Source: Octopus vulgaris (taxonomy: Eukaryota). From it: a DNA stretch of 64,000 nucleotides. The notes beneath the pieces were generated by a model. It did no database searches, had not been told where the DNA came from, and saw nothing but the letters and a program-made list of their open reading frames with translations. The stretch spans positions 8,308,001-8,372,000 of the forward strand of contig OX597827.1 of assembly GCA_951406725.2 (NCBI GenBank). Direction: 5' to 3'. The position numbers and the translations under genes are program-made. Positions 40,349-53,275 of the stretch are shown here, piece after piece (the first letter of the stretch is position 1; each line of letters starts with the position of its first letter).

Positions 40349-40774
40349 TACTCTTTTACTCTTTTACTCTTTTACTTCTTTAAGTCATTTGACTGCGGCC
40401 ATGCTGGAGCACCGCCTTTAGTCGAGCAAATCGACCCCGGGACTTATTCTTTGTAAGCCCAGTACTTATTCTATCGGTCTCTTTTTTGCCGAACCGCTAA
40501 ATAACGGGGACGTAAACACACCAGCATCGGTTGTCAAGCAATGCTAGGGGGACAAACACAGACACACAAACACATACACACACACTTATATATATATATA
40601 TACATATATACGACAGGCTTCTTTCAGTTTCCGTCTACCAAATCCACTCACAAGGCTTTGGTCAGCCCGGGGCTATAGCAGAAGACACTTGCCCAAGATG
40701 CCACGCAGCGGGACTGAACCCGAAACCATGTGGTTGGTTAGCAAGCTACTTACCACACAGCCACTCCTGTGTGC
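40349..40774 (-). mobile_element. SINE family C, full length
   Basis: Colinear with 6018-6410. Confidence 0.9.
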
Positions 40775-41623
40775 CTATATATATATATATAAAACAGATT
40801 TCTTGATGAAATGTCAGTCATTTATATAGTTTTTTTCCAGAAGAATAGTCAATAGATATACACTTGATTGACAGAATTCAATGTGATAAAAGAAAGAATG
40901 CGTGATTCAAAATATCTACACTAGAATAAGAATTATTTAAATTTTTCAATTGTCTTTTAATTTGGATATATTTTATCTTCGAAAAATGGGAATGTTTATA
41001 GTCATACAAAATTATCGAAGCATATATCGAAAAGCGAAATAAATGAAGAAATATAATCTGTAGAAATGTTTATTTCCTTCAAATTTATATTTTCCATTCA
41101 ACAATAGTTTTAATGAAAGAAAATAAATAAATAACCAACTATTTCTATAATTCTTTTTTGACATCTTGAAATAATTGATATTTCTAATGCACAGGCTTCT
41201 ACAAATGTCCTGAACTCATTTGTCTCGTTTTAGGATTTTCTGCTTGTTTGTTCAACATCTGTTTTTCCATGCATGCATGGGTTGGATGAATATGTCTTGA
41301 GGCATTGTTTTTAAGTCCAACGTTCTTCGTGTAACTAACCCTACCTCGCCTGTCTTTTAAATAATGGATTGTTTTTATTCCTCTTGTCTTTAACAAAATA
41401 GGAACTACAGGACGATTTCTTAACAGGAAATGTCAACGTAATGTCACCATCTTTTACTCAATACTTTTCATGAACATGGAATTTAAACATTCCCAAAGAC
41501 TCTCACATTCACACAAACGTATAACACATACACACATTTATATATATTTGTGTATATATATAAATATAAATATATACACATATATATATTTCTGAACATA
41601 TATATATTTCCGTACATATATAT

Positions 41624-41853
41624 ATTTCTTTACTACCCACAAGGGGCTAAACACAGAGGAGACAAACAAGGACAGACAAAGAGATTAAGTCGATTATATC
41701 GACCCCAGTGCGTAACTGGTACTTAATTTATCGACCCCGGAAGGATGAAAAGCAAAGTCGACCTTGGCGGAATTTGAACTGGGAACGTAACGGCAGACGA
41801 AATACGGCAACGCATTTCGCCCGGCGTGCTAACGTTTCTGCCAGCTCACCGCC
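41624..41853 (-). mobile_element. SINE family B
   Basis: Reverse complement of 1098-1328. Confidence 0.9.
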
Positions 41854-41967
41854 TTATATGTACATATATGTACATATATATGTGTGTGTGTGTGTGTGTG
41901 TTCATGATATGTGTGAGTGATGTGTGTGTGTGTGCATGCGTGTGTATGTGTGTACATATATACATAT

Positions 41968-42294
41968 ACTCTTTACTCTTTTTACTCTTTTACTTGTTTC
42001 AGTCATTCGACTGCGGCCATGCTGGAGCACTACCTTTAGTCAAGCAAATCGACCCCAAGACTTATTCTTTGTAAGCCTAGTACTTATTCTATTGGTCTCT
42101 TTTGCTGAACCGTTAAGTTACAGGGGACGTAAACACACCAGCATCGGTTGTCAAGCGATGTTGGGGGGGACAAACACAGACACACAAACATATACACACA
42201 CATACATATATACATATATACGACGGGCTTCTTTCAGTTTTCGTCTACCAAATCTACTCACAAGGTTTTGGTCAGCCCGAGGCTATAGTAGAAG
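41968..42294 (-). mobile_element. SINE family C, 5' truncated
   Basis: Stops after gctatagtagaag; tRNA head absent. Confidence 0.85.
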
Positions 42295-42765
42295 CCTATA
42301 GACAGACAAACAGACAGATAGATAGACAGATATACATATACATATACGCATATACATTACAAATTTCCATACACTCTCCATCTGTCAGTTTCACTCACTA
42401 AGCACAAATCAATTTGAGGCTTCAGTAGCAGGCACTAAAGCAGACTGTATCCATGTAGCTATGCATGTACTAATATACAGATTAAGTTCTAGATTAAAAA
42501 ATAATTAGCTAAGAATTCTAATTTGTTGCAGTGCAACATTTATTCACCCTCATAGATTTCTCAAGAGCAGCTGTATAAACATATGACCTTAATTTCTCTA
42601 ATCCTAACTCAGCAGTGGTTGTTCAGCCAACAGATGAAAACTCTATTCTGTATAAATCTCTCAAAATTCACGTTTAACCGTTTTAAAGCAAGAAGGATAT
42701 ACTGAACAACAGAGACCTAGATTTATGTAATGGCTGGTTGGTCAAATCTGGAAAGTCTTTAATCA

Positions 42766-43168
42766 TAGGAGTGGCTGTGTGGTATGTAACTTGCTTACGA
42801 ACCACATGGTTCTGATTTCAGTCCCACTGCGTGGCATCTTGGGTAAGCGTCTTCTACTATAACCTCGGGCCAACCAAAGCCTTGTGAGTGGATTTGGTAG
42901 ACGGAAATTGAAAGAAGCCCGTCGTATATATGTATATATGTATGTGTGTATATGTTTGTGTGTCTGTGTTTGTCCCCCCAAAATCGCTTGACAATCGATG
43001 CTGGTGTGTTTACGTCCCTGTAACTTAGCAGTGCGGCAAAAGAGACTGATAGAATAAGTACTAGGCTTACAAAGAATAAGTCCTGGGGTCGATTTGCTTG
43101 ACTAAAAGGTGGTGCTCCAGCATGGCCACAGTCACATGACTGAAACAAAGTAAAAGAGTAAAAGAGTA
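42766..43168 (+). mobile_element. SINE family C
   Basis: Colinear with 6018-6410. Confidence 0.9.
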
Positions 43169-43338
43169 TAAGCGTGCTTGATCTGGGTTGACCTGAGGTT
43201 AAACAACAATAGCAGCAACAATAAATAAGATTTGAAACTAATGAAATCAGCTCACGTGGTTATTCATCTAACAGTAAATAGCAGCCAAAATCTTTCACAA
43301 ATCACATCACACAATGCTTTCTCTCATATATATATATG

Positions 43339-43569
43339 TGGCGGCGAGCTGGCAGAAACGTTAGCACGCCGAGCGAAATGCGTAACCGTATTTCGTCTGT
43401 CGTTACGTCCCGAGTTCAAATTCCGCCAAGGTCGACTTTGCCTTTCATCCTTTCGGGGTCGATAAATTAAGTACCAGTTACGCACTGGGGATCGATGTAA
43501 TCGACTTAATCCATTTGTCTGTCCTTGTTTGTCCCCTCTATGTTTAGCCCCTTGTGGGTAATAAAGAAA
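43339..43569 (+). mobile_element. SINE family B
   Basis: ggcggcgagctggcagaaacg ... gtaataaagaaa. Confidence 0.9.
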
Positions 43570-43570
43570 C

Positions 43571-43606
<36 letters not shown>

Positions 43607-44526
43607 CTCTGTGTCTGCATTTATCCCACTCCCTGTCCCCTACTTGACAACTAGTGTTGGTTTGTTTACATTCTCTTGACTTAGTGGTTCAGCAAAAGAG
43701 GTAGGCAAAATAGGTGCCAGATTTTAAAATAAGTACCGGGATCGTTTTATTTGACTAAAACCCTTCAAGGCAGTGCCCCAGCATGGAACATTACAATGAT
43801 TGAATGGCTTAAACAGCAATGCCCAAAGTACCATGCAGTGGAACTGAACTTATAACCATGTGATTATTAAAGTGAAGCTTTTAACCACAACTAACCATGC
43901 CAAATTTTATTTTTGCATAATCAGTTCTTCAAATTCTTATGTTTCGTTTCAGCTCCCATCAGGTAATAATTTTCCTGTAATCTATATTATTTTTTTCTGC
44001 ATTGTCAATATTACATAATTATTGTACCATATGTATTCCAGTTGTAGAATAGACACACTGTGTTCATGTCAATGTCTCTTCTGAGGCTGCATAAGGAAAC
44101 TATAAAGAAGGCCAATCTAGCAGCAAAACCTGTCCAACTTATGCTAGTACAGGAAAATTAAATATAAAATGATAATGGTGGTGGTGATGGTAGTGGCTGT
44201 GTTGGTGGTGGTGGTGGTGATGGTAATAGCAGCAGCAGCAGTGGAGAAGGTGGTGGTGTTCTTAATGTTACATAATTGCATTTTCAAAGCTGATAGTAAC
44301 CAACCATACATTAATGGCTATAGATGGCAATGACCTGTTGTGATTCACCTGTTAAGACAATACACTTTATATACATAGTTTAAAGGTTTTTCCTTGCTTG
44401 AAAGATCATGTTTATAATTTACCATTGACACTGCTAATTATGTCCAATAACACGCAGTTACCTGCTTCACACTTCATTTCTATCTTGATAATATATTCAC
44501 ACAATATACTAAATTTCTTTTATATT

Positions 44527-46072
44527 GTGTTGAGTCAAAAGTTTTGCAATATTTTGGTACCTTATTTGCTTTATTTGTCAAGTTACAGCAAAAGCAGCCT
44601 AGCATTCAAAGTAGAGGCTATTATGGTGCACCCTCTGAAACCACCTTTCTGCCAGTTCTTTGATCTTATGCTGATACAAGTTCTTGTCTTTCAAGGCAAA
44701 GAATTCCTTCACTGAACCTTCCACCTACTCTTGGTTGATAAGGTGTTGTGATTGCAGGTAGTGTACCATATATCAGAACAAATAATATTCTGAGGGAGCT
44801 AGGTTCGGACTATATGCTGGATGTGGCATCAGTTCACTTCCCTCAAGTTCCTGGTGTCTATTCTGAGTTCTTCAAATGGCATGAGGTCTTGTGTTGTCTT
44901 GCTGCAGAAGGGTTCAACTTCTGTTAACCAAATGCTGGCTATCTTTGAAAGACAATGGCATACATCTGTGAGATGCTGAATTCGTCTGATACTCTGTGAC
45001 CGCTACTTGCAAGATTTGCCTCTATGACTTAAAGCACAACTTTAGAGCCCACAGATTTAGGTCTACCTGACCTTACCTTTAGACAACAGGTCATTGCCAT
45101 CTATAGCCATTAAAGTATATTTGGTTGCTATCAGTTTTGAAAATGTAATTATGTAACATTAAGAACACCACCACCATCATCACCATCATTATCATTTTCC
45201 TTTTCTTTTTACTTTTTACTTGTTTCAGTCATTTGACTGCGGCCATGCTGGAGCACCACCTTTAGTCGAGCAAATCGACCCCAGGACTTATTCTTTGTGA
45301 GCCTAGTACTTATTCTATTGGTCTCTTTTGCCGAACCACTAAGTTACAGGGACGTAAGCACACCAGCATCGGTTGTCAAGCGATGTTGGGAGGACAAACA
45401 CAGACACACACACACATACATATATATACATATATATGGCAGGCTTCTTTCAGTTTCTGTCTACCAAATACACTCACAATGCTTTGGTCAGCCCGAGGCA
45501 ATAGTAGAAGACACTTGCCCAAGGTGCCACGCAGTGGGACCGAACCCAGAACCATGTGGTTGGTAAGCAAGCTACTTACCACACAGCCACTCCTTGCTCT
45601 TTGAAGCAAAGAACTTCTTCACTGAAACTTAATTTTCCTGTACAGTCATGAGTTAGACAGGTTTTGCTGCTAGATTTGTCTTCCTTATAGTTTCCTTATA
45701 AAGTTTTAGTTCTATCTGATTGTTGAGATTCTTGTCAACCAAGCAGAATTCTTTGAACCATTTGGTTACTGTACTGTGATCAACTGCAACTTCACCTTTC
45801 ACGCAGCAAATGTTTTTGGTTGCTTCCAATGAATTACAGCCCAGTTTGAGCTTGTAAAGCATAAGTTCCTGAATTAAACTACACTGCATGTTCATCTGTG
45901 CAGCTTTCAAAATCACACACAGAGTGAAGTAATGCACACCGTGTCAGCAAACCTACTACCATGATACTACCAACCTCAGTGGATACCTTCCCTGGCTTGG
46001 ACTGCTTTGGTCACATGATGTATGTCACAAACTAGCAGGTATGAAAATATTGCAAAACTTTTGACTCACCAC
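44527..46072 (-). mobile_element. mariner relic with internal insertions
   Basis: TIRs tgagtcaaaagttttgcaatattt / aaatattgcaaaacttttgactca; minus ORF LIQELMLYKLKLGCNSLEATKNICCVKGEVAVDHSTVTKWFKEF matches the mariner N-terminus. Confidence 0.85.
45205..45593 (-). mobile_element. SINE family C nested in the mariner relic
   Basis: Colinear with family C. Confidence 0.9.
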
Positions 46073-46196
46073 AATGTAAAAAAATAAGGATTGTTTGAAA
46101 CATATTTTTAACTCTTAAAGGTAAAAACTGTAAGAGAATATTTTAAAATATATGTCGTGTGTGTGTGTGTACACATATAAATGTACTATATGTGTG

Positions 46197-46291
<95 letters not shown>

Positions 46292-46818
46292 TGTGTATGT
46301 GTATGTATCTCTTATTATAAAAGGCAGATTTTATCTGCCTCCCTTTGGGAGTTATACAAATCTACAATATAGGATTTCTTCAATTACAATTTACCTGGCA
46401 TTTTTAAGAGTACAATGCATTGCGTCATGCCAGCTCCAGTTTTTAAAATTTAAACTCCAGTTAAGCAAAATTTACAGAAAACTCACATTCTGGTGTGTGT
46501 GTCAAATGCTTTTCTTAGTCTGGTTTACACCACACGCAAACGCACACACACAGTGGGCAACGAATAAAACGAAACTAATTGACTTACTGTAGTGAGTGAT
46601 TCTTTCACTCTGCCTCCCACTTCTTCTTTCCACACAGACACGCAAATATATAAATAAAATTGTAAGCTAACGTGCGTGTGTGTGAATGGGTGGGTGTGGG
46701 TGTGCGCGTGTGTGTGTGTGTGAGGGTGCGTGTGTGTGTGTGTGTGTGCGTGTGCGTGAGTGTGTGACAGGAAAGTTTTTTTACGACGAATATAATACCT
46801 ATATCCAAGTAGCAGAAA

Positions 46819-47305
46819 GATAAGACAGTAAGGTGTGATTTGAGGGAGATTTGGCTGCTATTTCTACCATGTCTAGCTGCCATGTAGGGGTCTCCCTCAT
46901 AGGCTCATACATACATATATATATACATAGATAAGACAGTAAGGTGTGATTTGGGGGAAATTTGGCTGCTATTTCTACCAGGTCTAGCTGCCATGTAGGG
47001 GTCTCCCTCATAGGCTCATACATACATATATACATAGATAAGACAGTAAGGTGTGATTTGGGGGAAATTTGGCTGCTATTTCTACCAGGTCTAGCTGCCA
47101 TGAGGGGTCTCCCTCATAGGCTCATACATACATATATACATAGATAAGACAGTAAGGTGTGATTTGGGGGAAATTTGGCTGCTATTTCTACCAGGTCTAG
47201 CTACCATGTAGAGGTCCCCCTCATTGGCTCATATATATATATACATACATAAGACAGTAAGGTGTGATTTGAGGGAGATTTGGCTGCTGTTTCTACCAGG
47301 TCTGT
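46819..47305. repeat. About 106-bp minisatellite, 4 full units plus 1 partial
   Basis: Unit agataagacagtaaggtgtgatttgggggaaatttggctgctatttctaccaggtctagctgccatgtaggggtctccctcataggctcatacatacatatatacat. Confidence 0.95.
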
Positions 47306-47665
47306 TAGGCCTTCTCATGTAAACTCAAGCTTTCTCATGCCTTCAACATATGACCAAAGCAGAGAATGTATTCTTTTATTCTTCTGCTTTTTCCAGCCAT
47401 TGGTCTGTGGCCATGCTGGGGCAATGCCTTGAAGAATTGTAGTTTAATGAATCAACTCCAGTTTTATTTTTGTAAGCATTGTACTTATTCTATCTGTTTC
47501 CTTTGTCAAACCACTAGGTGACAGGGATGTAAACAAACCAACATTCGTTGTCAAGCAGTGGTGGAGGACAATCACAAGCACAGACACGCACACACACACA
47601 CACACACATACATGCATACACATATACACACATACATACATATATATATATGTGTATATATATAT

Positions 47666-47988
47666 TGCAGCGTGGAAGGTGTTTGTAAGCCATTTAAGAA
47701 ACACACAAAAACCGTTACATTCACTTCAACATTTAAATTTAATTTGCCAAAATATTTTCGTCGCTTTGAGACCGCCACCTGTTCACTGACAAAAATATCG
47801 TGCTAACAGGTCGCGGTCTCAAAGCGACGAAAATATTTTCACAAATTAAATTTAAATGTTGAAGTGAATCTAACGGTTTTTGTGTGTTTCTTAAATGGCT
47901 TATAAACACCTTCAACGCTGCAACTGTTTTCGTTCCAGCACACGATCTCAGATCAAGTCACTTGCTATGCAAGTACATCTCTGTAACT
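47666..47988 (+). mobile_element. Asymmetric fold-back element in (TA)n (about 117-bp arms plus about 65-bp tail), Penelope-like
   Basis: tgcagcgtggaaggtg...acctgtt / aacaggtc...caccttcaacgctgca; tail shared with 3340-3484. Confidence 0.8.
47743..47793 (-). ncRNA. Minimal type I hammerhead motif with G3-C8 core (copy 1, one stem II mismatch)
   Basis: Minus strand TTTGTCA-GTGAACA-G-GTGGC ggtctcaaa GCGAC-GAAA-ATAT-T-T-TGGCAAA. Confidence 0.55.
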
Positions 47989-48085
47989 ATATATATATTT
48001 ATATATATATATATATGTATATTGGTAAAAACAGTAAGATAACAAAAGAAAGAAAGAGACCTCAATATTATGTAAATAGAGGAAA

Positions 48086-48481
48086 TCTTTATAGATAAAA
48101 GTGAGGTTGTGTGTCTGTCTCCTACGATTTAGATTCCTAACTACTCCCACATTTTGCGGTGCAGTTTAACCAAAACCGGGTATCTTATAGTCGTGATTCA
48201 TATCGAGACCGTCTGGGTATTAGCGCGCGTCTACGATGAGTCTACGATTTATAAAAAAATTTACCATCAATTTTTCCCATTTTTAATCCATTTTTGACAT
48301 ATATAAGGGAAGTAACTCTCTAAAATTTATTATTAAATCTCAGAACGTAAAAAGCTACAGTAACACCCCCTCCCCCTTTGTGGTTAGCCATATTGAGATG
48401 GCTATTATACTTTACATCTCTAAAAATGCTTATATAATTATTTCCCTTACAAACCCGAGCAACGCCGGGCGATACTGCTAG
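48086..48481 (+). mobile_element. Short non-autonomous Helitron supplying the 3' end of unit 1 (copy at 50581-50974)
   Basis: a|TCtttatagataaaagtg 5' end; subterminal GC hairpin and CTAG 3' end. Confidence 0.8.
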
Positions 48482-48988
48482 TCTTATTATAAAAGGCAGA
48501 TTTTATCTGCCTCCCTTTGGGAGTTATACAAATCTACAATATAGGATTTCTTCAATTACAATTTACCTTGCATTTTTAAGAGTACAATGCATCGCGTCAT
48601 GCCAGGTCCAGTTTTTAAAATTTTAACTCCAATTAAGCAAAATTTACAGAAAACTCACATTCTTGTGTGTGTGTCAAATGCTTTTCTTAGTCTGGTTTAC
48701 AGCACACGCAAACGCACACACACAGTGGGCAACGAATAAAATGAAAGTAATTGACTTACTGTAGTGAGTGATTCTTTCACTCTGCCTCCCACTTCCTCTT
48801 TCAACACATAGACACGCAAATATATAAATAAAATTGTAAGCTAACGTGCGTGTGTGTGAGTGGGTGTGTGTGGGTGTGCGCGTGTGTGTGTGTGTGAGGG
48901 TGCGTGTGTGTGTGTGTGTGCGTGTGCGTGAGTGTGTGACAGGAAAGTTTTTTACGACGAATATAACACCTATATCCAAGTAGCAGAA

Positions 48989-49795
48989 AGATAAGACAGT
49001 AAGGTGTGATTTGAGGGAGATTTGGCTGCTATTTCTACCATGTCTAGCTGCCATGTAGGGGTCTCCCTCATAGGCTCATACATACATATATACATAGATA
49101 AGACAGTAAGGTGTGATTTGGGGGAAATTTGGCTGCTATTTCTACCAGGTCTAGCTGCCATGTAGGGGTCTCCCTCATAGGCTCATACATACATATATAC
49201 ATAGATAAGACAGTAAGGTGTGATTTGGGAGAAATTTGGCTGCTATTTCTACCAGGTCTAGCTACCATGTAGGGGTCTCCCTCATAGGCTCATACATACA
49301 TATATACATAGATAAGACAGTAAGGTGTGATTTGGGGGAAATTTGGCTGCTATTTCTACCAGGTCTAGCTGCCATGTAGGGGTCTCCCTCATAGGCTCAT
49401 ACATACATATATATATACATAGATAAGACAGTAAGGTGTGATTTGGGGGAAATTTGGCTGCTATTTCTACCAGGTCTAGCTGCCATGTAGGGGTCTCCCT
49501 CATAGGCTCATACATACATATATACATAGATAAGACAGTAAGGTGTGATTTGGGGGAAATTTGGCTGCTATTTCTACCAGGTCTAGCTGCCATGTAAGCG
49601 TCTCCCTCATAGGCTCATACATACATATATACATAGATAAGACAGTAAGGTGTGATTTGGGGGAAATTTGGCTGCTATTTCTACCAGGTCTAGCTACCAT
49701 GTAGAGGTCCCCCTCATTGGCTCATATATATATACATACATAAGACAGTAAGGTGTGATTTGAGGGAGATTTGGCTGCTGTTTCTACCAGGTCTG
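48989..49795. repeat. About 106-bp minisatellite, 7 full units plus 1 partial
   Basis: Same unit as at 46819; three extra units account for the 319-bp length difference between the dimer units. Confidence 0.95.
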
Positions 49796-50237
49796 TTAGG
49801 CCTTCTCATGTAAACTCAAGCTTTCTCATGCCTTGAACATAAGACCAAAGCAGAGAATGTATTCTTTTATTCTTCTGCTTTTTCCAGCCATTGGTCTGTG
49901 GCCATGCTGGGGCAATGCCTTGAAGAATTGTATTTTTATGAATCAACTCCAGTTTTATTTTTGTAAGCATTGTACTTATTCTATCTGTTTCCTTTGTCAA
50001 ACCACTAGGTGACAGGGATGTAAACAAACCAACATTCGTTGTCAAGCAGTGGTGGAGGACAATCACAAGCACAGACACGCACACACACACAAATACATGC
50101 ATACACATATACACACATACATACATACATACATATATATATATGTGTGTATATATATATTGCAGCCTGGAAGGTGTTTGTAAGCCATTTAAGAAACACA
50201 CAAAAACCGTTACATTCACTTCAACATTTAAATTTAA

Positions 50238-50288
50238 TTTGCCAAAATATTTTCGTCGCTTTGAGACCACGACCTGTTCACTGACAAA
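50238..50288 (-). ncRNA. Minimal type I hammerhead motif with G3-C8 core (copy 2)
   Basis: Minus strand TTTGTCA-GTGAACA-G-GTCGT ggtctcaaa GCGAC-GAAA-ATAT-T-T-TGGCAAA; helices I and II pair fully allowing G-U. Confidence 0.6.
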
Positions 50289-51058
50289 AATATCGTGCTA
50301 ACAGGTCGCGGTCTCAAAGCGACGAAAATATTTTGACAAATTAAATTTAAATGTTGAAGTGAATCTAACGGTTTTTGTGTGTTTCTTAAATGGCTTATAA
50401 ACACCTTCAACGCTGCAACTGTTTTCGTTCCAGCACACGATCTCAGATCAAGTCACTTGCTATGCAAGTACATCTCTGTAACTATATATATATTTATATA
50501 TATATATATGTGTACATTGGTAAAAACAGTAAGATAACAAAAGAAAGAAAGAGACCTCAATATTATGTAAATAGAGGAAATCTTTATATATAAAAGTGAG
50601 GTTGTGTGTCTGACTCCTACGATTTAGATTCCTAACTACTCCCACATTTTGCGGTGCAGTTTAACCAAAACCGGGTATCTTATAGTCGTGATTCATATCG
50701 AGACCGTCTGGGTATTAGCGCGCGTCTACGATGAGTCTACGATTTAAAAAGAAATTTACCATCAATTTTTCCCATTTTTAATCCATTTTTGACATATATA
50801 AGGGAAGTAACTCTCTAAAATTTATTATTAAATCTCAGAACGTAAAAAGCTACAGTAACACCCCTCCCCTTTGTGGTTAGCCATATTGAGATGGCTATTA
50901 TACTTTACATCTCTAAAAATGCTTATATAATTATTTCCCTTACAAACCCGAGCAACGCCAGGCGATACTGCTAGTATATATATATATGCATACACACACA
51001 CACATATATATATATATATGTATGTATGTACATATGTAATATAAATAATATATATTTG

Positions 51059-51100
<42 letters not shown>

Positions 51101-51112
<12 letters not shown>

Positions 51113-51369
51113 TTAGAGACAAAACCACTATTATGCAAATCAAACAAAGAAAGACTTAATCCAATACATAAAAAATTTTATATAAATTAAATTTTATTTT
51201 ATTTTATTTAATTTATATAAATTAATTTTTACGTATTGGATTAAGTCTTTCTTTGTTTGATTTGCATAATAGTGGTTTTGTCTCTAATTAATATTATATA
51301 ATATTTTACTATAAAATTGGATTCAATCATAAATCTGATTTTTCCCTGTAAATTTGGATTTATTCCCTA

Positions 51370-51376
<7 letters not shown>
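51101..51376. mobile_element. Asymmetric fold-back element in (TA)n, copy 2 of the 15068 family
   Basis: Arms ~51101-51173 and ~51226-51300; same tail ataaaattggatt...ttattccctaatatttt. Confidence 0.8.
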
Positions 51377-51411
<35 letters not shown>

Positions 51412-51438
51412 TGTATATATGGACATATGTAATATAAA

Positions 51439-51504
<66 letters not shown>

Positions 51505-52316
51505 TTATATTCATTGATAGGTAACAATCGAGAGAAATATTTATTCAATACAACTGACATTTATTTTAGCCGATTCATCAGCCTAATACAGTGGAGCATT
51601 TGTGTTATTCTGTGTTTCTTTTTTTCTCTGCCTAAATTAACAAGTCATTGGACTGGCTTGCTGCATAAAACTTAATAGCAAAGTGGATACAAAGCATGCA
51701 AGATGCAATAAAATACACAAATAAATTGTAATTAAAAATTAAAGGCAGTGCTGAGTGAGTTTGATTTTTAGCAGTTCAGTGATAATTCCAGGCAAGTTTT
51801 GATTTTTTTTTTTTTTTCAGACCTTTTCAAGAAGCATAATATATAAATGTTAATGTAAATATTTAGTGACTCGAGAAGTATACAGGATTTTTGTGAATGA
51901 ATGCAGAGAGATATAATAACTTAAAAAGAATAACCTGGCAGGAAATACTCAGATGTTTGCAGAAAACTTAAAAGCTTGCTAACACATACAATAGTATGTA
52001 TTAGCAAACTCGATGCACTTAGCCAAGAATTTTTTATCATTTAAAACTACATCAAAAATGGTGGGAGCAGTCATTACCTAAATGACTAATACTAATTAAA
52101 ATATATATATATAAAAAAAAGCAAATGCAGGTGAGACAACCCCAAAATTTGAATTATTTAAAATTAAAATACATGAGTTTGGTAAAACAAATTGGAGAAA
52201 GGAGCAACAGAATAGAATACGTGAGGGTATATACTTCTATAAAAAAAATTAAAATGTGTATATATGTATGCATACACACACACACTCACGCTCACAAGTA
52301 TATATATGTGTATGTG

Positions 52317-52358
<42 letters not shown>

Positions 52359-52435
52359 TATATATTTATATTTAACATACATTTCCTATTAATAGTTCAC
52401 TGAATGTATATATGTGTGATTATATATACACATGC

Positions 52436-52600
<165 letters not shown>

Positions 52601-53275
52601 TATACATATATATATATACATACATACATACATACATATATATATATATATACACACACATGTACATGAACACACATACATACATTCAATGAACCATCAA
52701 AGAAACTCTCACATACATGTATAGACACACACACACACATACATATACACATATACATATGCATGCACTTATGAGTGTTAGCATGTGCATTTGTCTGTTT
52801 GTGCATTTGAAGTCATAAAGCAGGATATGAAAGCATCCTGAACATGAAAAATATACTTACCTAGTAAATTTATGTATCTACACTACATCGTCTGTGTCGC
52901 TGTTGAGATTTCTACGATGTCTAATGTGTCAATCGCAATTGCTTCACTTCCACAAATAGCCCACATATCTTGGAAACAAGATCCTTCACATATCTTTAAA
53001 GGATATTAAAATATTACAGTGTCACCAGATTAAAAAAAAATTATTTTAAGTAGAATTCTAAAACTGGTTATAAGTAAGTATTGCATGTAAACTCCAGTAA
53101 TAAAGGTAAAAAAATGAAAATGAGCCTTAACTCAGAGAAATCAGTGCATGAGGATGTTGGATCAATCTACCATTTGATTCAATGAGGATCAGTAAGATGC
53201 TGAATCAAGTGAACTACCAACTCATTGAATTAACATGTAAATAGTTGAGTATTCCACAGTCACGGCTACATTTAA

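Larger units (their letters stand above)
46308..48481 (+). mobile_element. Composite non-autonomous Helitron-like unit 1
   Basis: a|TCtcttattataaaagg 5' end; 3' end cccgagcaacgccggg hairpin then gatactgCTAG; duplicated at 48482-50974. Confidence 0.75.
48482..50974 (+). mobile_element. Composite non-autonomous Helitron-like unit 2
   Basis: Junction CTAG|TCttattataaaagg; ends CTAG|t at 50974; colinear with unit 1 with scattered substitutions. Confidence 0.75.

Noticed and set aside
46819-49795. Minisatellite as a CRISPR-like array
   Set aside because: Whole units are repeated with no unique spacers; eukaryotic context with no cas genes.
52861-53000. Minus-strand segment ending in a perfect AG|GTAAGT donor
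   Set aside because: The frames I read contain stops and the acceptor is weak; a non-coding exon cannot be supported from sequence alone.
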